A DNA stretch of 64,000 nucleotides from an uncultured Spirochaetota bacterium (lineage in GTDB: Bacteria > Spirochaetota > Spirochaetia > SZUA-6 > Fen-1364). The translations under genes and the position numbers were made by a program. The stretch covers positions 1,088,001 through 1,152,000 of the forward strand of contig CAWGAA010000001.1 in the NCBI GenBank assembly GCA_963820525.1, written 5' to 3'. This document shows positions 57,924 to 64,000 of the stretch, piece by piece. Numbering within the stretch: the first letter of the stretch is position 1; every line of letters starts with the position of its first letter. The notes beneath the pieces are model-generated. The model made no database searches, was not told the DNA's origin, and saw only the letters and a program-made list of their open reading frames with translations.

Positions 57924-58994
57924 CTACTCTATCATTTGCAGCGCCGCGCGCATGTACCCGATGGCATACGCCATGCCCGCGTGCCATGGCGCCGAGCACT
58001 CAAGGAGCGGCGTATGGTCCGGGATGAGAACCCCGGCGTATTGGTTCTTTTTCAAGATGCGGAGGATTCGCGGCACGTCGATGTCGCCCTCGTCTATGAA
58101 GACCTCGTGATATCGGGGAATCTTTCCGCGTACATTGCGCAGGTGGACGTATGCCAGCTTTCCCTGCGCGCTATAGAGATCCGTCGCCTCGTAGACGTCT
58201 CCCTCCGTCATCTCGGCGATGGTGCCTATGCAGAACTCGAGCGCATTGGAGCGGCTGAGCTTGAGGTCCAGAAGCCGCTGGTAGAGATGGGACTGGTAGA
58301 CGAGACGCGGCGTGCCGCGCACAACGGCGGCGGGAGGATCGTCGGGATGCGCCGCAAGGATGACGCCCGCCTCTTCGGCAACCGGCACAAGCTCATCAAG
58401 GAACCGCGCAAGCCGTCTCCACAGCTCTTCATGGGTGATGGGAGCGTGCGTTCCCGGAGGCGCATGCCGGTCATAGATCATGTTCCAGACCATGCCCTGG
58501 GGGATGGGCGTTTGGTCCACGCCCTCCACGCCCACTGACTCCGCCGCGCCGCGAGCGAAGGGGCCCGTCACTCTCCCGGCCACCCCCGCAATGCTGAAGT
58601 TGTACCCCATGACGGGAATCCCCGCCGCGCCCACGCTTCTTACCAGGCGCTTCAAGCCCCCCATCTGCGCCTCACGCTTTGGCCCATCCAGGAGCACGTC
58701 ATACCAGAAGGCCGGATCGAAGTTCTCGATAGCCTCGAGCGTAAGTCCCTCCGCCTCGATCTCCTTGCGAACGGCCAGAAGCTCTTCCGTGGTCCACAGC
58801 GCGTCAGGATCTCCGGCCACTCCCCAGCCTCCGCTCCAACTGCCCACCGGCTGGTTGTCCGTGGCCGCCGGGCCATCCGGCTTTCTGAAATAATCCACGA
58901 GGTGGATCACGACGTGCGTGCAGCCGATCTGCCTCGCGAATCTGTAGTTTTCCGGGGTGAGCATGTGCCTGTAGAGGCCGATTCCCAGCTTCAT
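57924..58994 (-). CDS. uxuA: Mannonate dehydratase
   Basis: GYNF, AHPDDPP, VHLRNVRG, PDHTP, AIGY. Confidence 0.85.
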   Translation of the reverse strand: MKLGIGLYRHMLTPENYRFARQIGCTHVVIHLVDYFRKPDGPAATDNQPVGSWSGGWGVAGDPDALWTTEELLAVRKEIEAEGLTLEAIENFDPAFWYDVLLDGPKREAQMGGLKRLVRSVGAAGIPVMGYNFSIAGVAGRVTGPFARGAAESVGVEGVDQTPIPQGMVWNMIYDRHAPPGTHAPITHEELWRRLARFLDELVPVAEEAGVILAAHPDDPPAAVVRGTPRLVYQSHLYQRLLDLKLSRSNALEFCIGTIAEMTEGDVYEATDLYSAQGKLAYVHLRNVRGKIPRYHEVFIDEGDIDVPRILRILKKNQYAGVLIPDHTPLLECSAPWHAGMAYAIGYMRAALQMIE

Positions 58995-58996
58995 AT

Positions 58997-59812
58997 TCAA
59001 ACGCAGTCCACAAGGAAGCCGCCGTCCACCGGAATGCAGATTCCGGTGACAAAGCCCGAGGCCATGTTGTTGGCCAGGAACAGGACGGCGCCCGCAAGGT
59101 CTTCCGGGCTGCCGAACTTGCCGCACGGCGTTCTGGCAATGATGTCACGCCCGCGCTGCGTGAGCTCTCCTGACTTTTCATCCACGAGCAGCGCCCTGTT
59201 CTGCTTGCCCAGGAAGAAGCCCGGCGCGATGGCGTTGACGCGGATGCCGTACGGGGCGAACTCCTTTGCGGCGGCCATGGTGAGGTTCAGCACTCCCGCC
59301 TTGGCGGCATCGTACGCCCACACCCCGGAGAGGGGCACGTAGGATGACATCGATGCCATGTTGATGACGGATCCTTTCGCCTTCCTGTCAATCCAGGAGC
59401 GGCAGACCGCCTTGGTGGGCACCATGAGCCCCGCGATGAGGTTGAACTTCAGCACCTCCTCGAACTTTGCGATATCGGTATCCAGGAACGAGGTCTTTCC
59501 CCGGTTTCCTCCCACCGCGTTGACAAGGACGTCAATGCCGCCGAACGCGTGTTCGGTTGTACGCACGGCTTCCGCTACGGAGGCTTCGCTTCCCGCGTCC
59601 GCCACAACCCATGCAACGCGGTCTTTCGCATCCGCGGCTGAGCTCAAGCGCCGCGCCGCCTCCTGAAGCGAATCCTCATGCGGGCCCCAAAGAGACACCT
59701 TGGCGCCAGCGCCAAGAAGGGCTTCCGCCATGGCGCCGGCCAGGACCCCGCCCCCTCCCGCAATAGCGACGGTCCGCCCTTCAAGCCCGAACATCCGCTC
59801 GAGATATCCCAT
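58997..59812 (-). CDS. SDR oxidoreductase (D-mannonate oxidoreductase-like)
   Basis: AGGGGVLA, YDAAK, RVNAIAPGFF..QNRALL, PVDGG. Confidence 0.9.
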   Translation of the reverse strand: MGYLERMFGLEGRTVAIAGGGGVLAGAMAEALLGAGAKVSLWGPHEDSLQEAARRLSSAADAKDRVAWVVADAGSEASVAEAVRTTEHAFGGIDVLVNAVGGNRGKTSFLDTDIAKFEEVLKFNLIAGLMVPTKAVCRSWIDRKAKGSVINMASMSSYVPLSGVWAYDAAKAGVLNLTMAAAKEFAPYGIRVNAIAPGFFLGKQNRALLVDEKSGELTQRGRDIIARTPCGKFGSPEDLAGAVLFLANNMASGFVTGICIPVDGGFLVDCV

Positions 59813-59852
59813 GCCTATCCCCCGTTGCGGGCAGCTTACCCGCTGGATCCCG

Positions 59853-60947
59853 TTATCTCTGCACCCGGGCTCCCCGCCCCTGCGCCATGGCCACTACCTG
59901 GTCCAGGCGGGCCATAGTGATGTCCCCTGGATACGTGGTTAAAAGCGCTCCGTGCGCCCATCCCAGCCTGAGGGCGAGCTCGGGCGGCTGGTCCGTGAGC
60001 AGGCCGTAGATGAGGCCCGAGGCGAACCCGTCTCCACTGCCAATGCGGTCAAACACGTCAAGCGCGCACTCATCGCTCTCGTAAAAGCGGCCGTCGTACC
60101 AGAGAACCGCCTTCCACAGGTGGCGGGAGGCCGAGAGCACCGCGCGCAGCGTCGTTGCCACCGCCTTGATGGCGGGAAAATCGGCCCTCACCTTTTCCAT
60201 CATCTCCCGGAAGGCGCGCGTGTCCAGCGTGGATTGCCGGGATGAGACGTCGGGCCCCGGGATGCCCAGCCCCAGCTGCATGTCTTCCTCGTTTCCAATG
60301 AGGACGTCCACTCGGGAGACGATCCTTCGATTCACCTCGACAGCCAGGGCGGCTCCCCCGCCGGATGCCTCCCAGAGCTTCTTTCTATAGTTCAAATCGA
60401 AGGAGGTGACGGTTCCGGCATGCCGGGCGGCATCCATTCCCTGCTCTATCAAGGCCGAGCTTCCGGGGGAAAGCGAAGCGAAGATCCCTCCGGAGTGGAA
60501 CCAGCGCACGCCGCGGGACTGCAAGATGTCTTTCCAATCGAAGTCTCCCGGCGCGAGCAGGGCTCCTGCTTCGTTGGCACGGTCGTACCAGACCTCGGGC
60601 GCGCGCACGCCAATGCCGCGATCCGAATAGGTATTCCCGATGCGGGGCCCCTTGACCCCGTCGTAGTCGAACCATTTATAGAAGGCATCCACACCGGCTC
60701 TGCGCACCTCGGATTCCACCCACCACCCGGGGGGGTAGCGAACGTTCGCCGTCGCAATCGCGGTCCGCAGGCGAAAGCACTTGGCCAGGTTGGCCGCCGG
60801 GTTGTACTCAGCCCCCGAGCAGTGCCGCTCGAAGTGATGCGCCTCGTGCAGGGGGACCAGTCCCGGATCGAAGCGCTGCACCAGCGCTCCAAGGGCCAGG
60901 AAATCGAAAGCACATTCACCGGCATCTCGAATTTCAAGCTTCCCCAT
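59853..60947 (-). CDS. kdgK: PfkB sugar kinase, 2-dehydro-3-deoxygluconokinase-like
   Basis: SFDLNYR.KLW, GNEED, DRIGSGDGFASGLIYG; hexuronate context. Confidence 0.8.
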   Translation of the reverse strand: MGKLEIRDAGECAFDFLALGALVQRFDPGLVPLHEAHHFERHCSGAEYNPAANLAKCFRLRTAIATANVRYPPGWWVESEVRRAGVDAFYKWFDYDGVKGPRIGNTYSDRGIGVRAPEVWYDRANEAGALLAPGDFDWKDILQSRGVRWFHSGGIFASLSPGSSALIEQGMDAARHAGTVTSFDLNYRKKLWEASGGGAALAVEVNRRIVSRVDVLIGNEEDMQLGLGIPGPDVSSRQSTLDTRAFREMMEKVRADFPAIKAVATTLRAVLSASRHLWKAVLWYDGRFYESDECALDVFDRIGSGDGFASGLIYGLLTDQPPELALRLGWAHGALLTTYPGDITMARLDQVVAMAQGRGARVQR

Positions 60948-60951
60948 TCCG

Positions 60952-61980
60952 TCACCCTCCTTGTGCGGCGCCGATCAGCGCGTCCAAGTTCTCCGCTGGC
61001 GTTCCGGGGGAAACCCCTCCGCCCGCGGAGAGAAGGAACGCGGGGTGACCGCCGTTTTCATTGATGCACCTCTTTGCACGGGCCGCTACCTCCTGGGGAG
61101 ACCCCTTGACCAGAACGTCCAGCGGCGCGACGTTTCCCATGAGGCAGACCGAGTCGCCCACGCGCCGCCGAGCCGAGCCGATGCTCTGCAGGTGCGTGAA
61201 GTTGAAGACGTTCACGCCCAGGTCAGCCAAAAACTCATAGCACACGGGCGAGTCGGTGTCGTTGTGAAGGATCTTCACGCGGGCCGGAATCCCGAACACT
61301 TCCTTGAAGCGGGGATGCGCGAACTCCCGGTAGTCTTCAGGGGAGAGAAACCCCATCACGTCGTCCAGCACCATGATCCCCTCGGTGCCCGGCAGAACGT
61401 CCGCCTGCGCCTCCAGCCACTCCTTCACGGTTCGCGTGGTCGTCTCCAGCAGCTTGTGCGTCTTTTCAGGCCAGGTTTTCATTCCCACGAGAAAGTCCGT
61501 GAGGCCCAACAGGTGCGCGGCCAGGGCAAGCGGCCCGCGGCTTGCCACGATCTTGATGTCCATCCCTGCGGCGCGAACCATCGGCAGGGCGCTCTTGTAC
61601 AGGGAGAGGACCAACGGCATCAACCCGTCCCGCCGGGGGTTGGCGGGGGTAAGCGCGTCGAGCTGGCACACATCCGAGGCGATGGGGTGGATGGACGGGG
61701 GCTGCACGGCCGAAAAAACCAGGCGGCAGCCGAAACCGGAAGGCTCTGCCGCCATGCCCGGCTCCACCCAGAAGCCGGGCAGGAAAATCGCGTCGGGAAA
61801 CCTGTTCATCACCGTCATGTTGGCCTGGAACCAGACCTCGGGGATGGCAATGTAGTCAACCGTTGAGATGCCGAGGAATGGCGGGATCCACGGGCTGTCG
61901 ATTATCAGGGCAACCGGGGGGGTCGGGAGGGGTTCTCCCCGGGAGGCCTTCAGAAGGTGTTCCCACTGTGCTGCCCTCAT
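60952..61980 (-). CDS. Uroporphyrinogen decarboxylase / MtaA-CmuA methyltransferase family protein
   Basis: RGPL..A.HL.G, DDV.GFLSP..Y.EF..P, LMGNV.P, LSAGGGVSPGTP.EN; start uncertain. Confidence 0.8.
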   Translation of the reverse strand: MRAAQWEHLLKASRGEPLPTPPVALIIDSPWIPPFLGISTVDYIAIPEVWFQANMTVMNRFPDAIFLPGFWVEPGMAAEPSGFGCRLVFSAVQPPSIHPIASDVCQLDALTPANPRRDGLMPLVLSLYKSALPMVRAAGMDIKIVASRGPLALAAHLLGLTDFLVGMKTWPEKTHKLLETTTRTVKEWLEAQADVLPGTEGIMVLDDVMGFLSPEDYREFAHPRFKEVFGIPARVKILHNDTDSPVCYEFLADLGVNVFNFTHLQSIGSARRRVGDSVCLMGNVAPLDVLVKGSPQEVAARAKRCINENGGHPAFLLSAGGGVSPGTPAENLDALIGAAQGG

Positions 61981-62007
61981 AGCATCCCCCATGGGCTCAT
62001 TTTTTTC

Positions 62008-62036
62008 TTGACAAGACGGGAGAGGGGGTCCACAAT
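62008..62036 (+). promoter_or_regulatory. Sigma70-type promoter upstream of the GntR gene
   Basis: TTGACA-17 nt-CACAAT. Confidence 0.55.
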
Positions 62037-62051
62037 GCCTGCCATACAAGT

Positions 62052-62789
62052 ATGGTAGCACCGAAGCGGCTGATGGTCGAGATACTGGAACAAGAAAAAA
62101 ACCAGCCCATCCACCAGTGGGTTTACCAGGTCCTTCGGACCAATATCATCAAGCTCACCCTGAGGCCCGCCCAGCACATAAGCGAGAACGAGGTCTCCGA
62201 AGCCCTGGGAATAAGCCGGACTCCCGTTCGGGAAGCGTTCATCAGGCTGGCTGAGGACGGCCTGATCAAAATCACGCCGCAGAAAAGGTCCAGCATTTCT
62301 CTCATTGACCTTGAACAGGCTGAAGAGGCGCGGTTCGTGCGCATGGCCCTGGAAAAGGCCGTGCTGCGGGAGGCGTGCCGCGGGTTTTCCGAGACGGACC
62401 TCGCGGCCCTGAGCGCGAACATCCAGCAGCAGCGGGATTGCCGGCGTTCCAAGGCCTACGAGCGGATGCTGATTGTGGACAACGATTTCCATCACATCAT
62501 TTTCCGCGGCTGCGGGAAGGAGCGAAGCTGGTACTATCTGAAGAAGCTGGACTACAACTACGACAGGCTTCGAACCATGGTCATGCCCATCTCCCTGGAC
62601 CAGATCATCCTGGAGCACTCCCGGATCAGGGACGCTATTGCGGGCGGGGACATCGAGTGCGTCGACGAAATCGTGGATCGGCACCTGACGTGGGAGAAGA
62701 TCGAGAGAGTGGTGCACGAATGTCCCCCGGAGTATTTCAAGCAGAACCTTAGAAACGGACGGCTCGAGGCGTCCGTGGCGGCGCGCTGA
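62052..62789 (+). CDS. GntR-family (FCD) transcriptional regulator
   Basis: ISENEVSE.LGISRTPVREAF.RL..DGLI; DNDFH. Confidence 0.92.
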   Translation: MVAPKRLMVEILEQEKNQPIHQWVYQVLRTNIIKLTLRPAQHISENEVSEALGISRTPVREAFIRLAEDGLIKITPQKRSSISLIDLEQAEEARFVRMALEKAVLREACRGFSETDLAALSANIQQQRDCRRSKAYERMLIVDNDFHHIIFRGCGKERSWYYLKKLDYNYDRLRTMVMPISLDQIILEHSRIRDAIAGGDIECVDEIVDRHLTWEKIERVVHECPPEYFKQNLRNGRLEASVAAR

Positions 62790-62886
62790 TGGCGCCGCGT
62801 CGAGCATGAGCGGAAAGGAGGTACGGAAGCTCAAGACCGGAAAGACTTCGGGAATCAATCCCGAAAAAAGACTGTAAGGAGGCGAC

Positions 62887-64000
62887 ATGAAAAATTTCTT
62901 CGAATGGCTGTCATTTTCGTCGCGCTGGCCCTCACGCCCACGCTTCTCTTCTCTCAGGCCGACTGGACGGGCAAGCCCGTGAAGCTCAGCATCATCGACG
63001 TGGCGGGGAACCTGCGCCTCTCCAAGCCGGCAATCGAGGCGTTCAAGGCCGCAAACCCGAAGATGATTGCCGACATCGAGTACATCATCGCAACGGCCCC
63101 CGAGCTGGTGGCGAAAATCAAGGCGCAGCAGATGGCGGGCAACCTGGATACCACGATGGTCCTCACGGGCTATGACGGCATGGCGTCCGGAAAAGAACAG
63201 GGGGTCTGGGTGCAGCTCATGCCCAAGTACAAGGACGTATTCCAGAAATCGGTCGATTCCTATGTTCCCGGGGCAAAGGCGGCGTACAACCTGTTCGAGG
63301 GCTTCGGGATCGCCTACGTTTTCTGCCCCGGCGGACCCATGTTCACGTACAACCCCGACAAGGTGAAGACCCCGCCCAAGACCGCCGCGGATCTCCTGGC
63401 GTGGGCCAAGGCCAATCCCGGCAAGTTCCTCTATGCCAGGCCCGCGAACTCCGGGCCGGGACGCGCCCTGCTCCAGGGGCTGCCGTACATCCTGGGAGAC
63501 CCCGACCCGAAAGACCCGGCCACGTGGACAAAAACGTGGGCGTATCTGAAGGAGCTGGACAACTACATCGATTACTACCCCTCGGGAACCGCAATCACAT
63601 TCAAGGAGCTGGCGGAAGGCACCCGGTGGATCCTTGCCAGCCACCTGGGCTGGGACATGAACCAGCGCATCCTGGAAACCATTCCCGCCAACTTCCAGGG
63701 ATTCTTCCTCGATAAAACGACCTGGGTCAACGACACCCAGTTTATGGTGGTTCCCAAGGGCCTGGACGCCAACCGTGAAAAGGCAACCATCGCCCTCATG
63801 GAGTGGCTCATGCAGCCGGCGCAGCAGGCGGTCACCTATGACGACGGCTACTTCTATCCCGGCCCGGCCATCAAGGGCGTTCCCCTCTCCATGGCTCCGC
63901 AGGCCAGCCAGGACCGGATCAAGCCCGCTATGCGCGCCGCCTATGACGCGGCCATCCAGAAGCTTCCCAACGCTTCGCAGCTGGATGCCAAGCCGCTTGT
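62887..64000 (+). CDS. ABC transporter extracellular solute-binding protein; runs off the window end; apparent missing A at 62890-62894
   Basis: AAGGAGG RBS; open frame from 62904: IDVAGNL, YARPANSGPGR, YFYPGPA. Confidence 0.85.

Noticed and set aside
61977..63644. Long antisense ORFs (555 aa here; also 57183..58538, 50474..51586)
   Set aside because: Shadow frames of high-GC genes with clear family motifs on the opposite strand.

Overview
GC-rich bacterial DNA, probably from a spirochaete (the FliM-like sequence is spirochaete-type). Several single-base homopolymer indels in otherwise intact genes suggest long-read errors. 1-7 kb: ring-cleaving dioxygenase/LUD/reductase genes, an AraC regulator followed by two FliN-like genes and an unusual FliM-FliG fusion, and a sorbosone-dehydrogenase-type lipoprotein. 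tRNA-Asn(GTT) at 7125-7197 anchors a ~27 kb accreted accessory region (7.2-34.4 kb). In it the tRNA 3'-end core GGGGGAGC recurs at ten arm-supported junctions (including the tRNA itself). These junctions join a small set of reusable left and right arms: tRNA 3'-half copies, C-terminal tails of large serine recombinases, a decayed 'LIED' ORF, an 'LPLLDELRTYCYE' tail, and a covarying hairpin. Many inter-junction units are tiny recombinase-less cassettes carrying type II toxin-antitoxin pairs (2x RelE/RHH, BrnTA, 2x HicAB, HicB remnants), an integron-like array built on a tRNA att site. One att arm is interrupted by an intact IS1111-type IS110 element whose bridge-RNA guide segments can be read from the sequence. 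The region also holds a decayed primase-helicase operon, IS630/IS91 remnants and glycoside hydrolases. 34-64 kb is mostly ordinary accessory and metabolic genes: methyltransferase, 5'-3' exonuclease, ECF sigma factors, pabABC, a hexuronate cluster (uxaC, uxuA, SDR, kdgK, UroD-like), GntR and an ABC substrate-binding protein. All family assignments come from motif recognition by eye; no database search was run.
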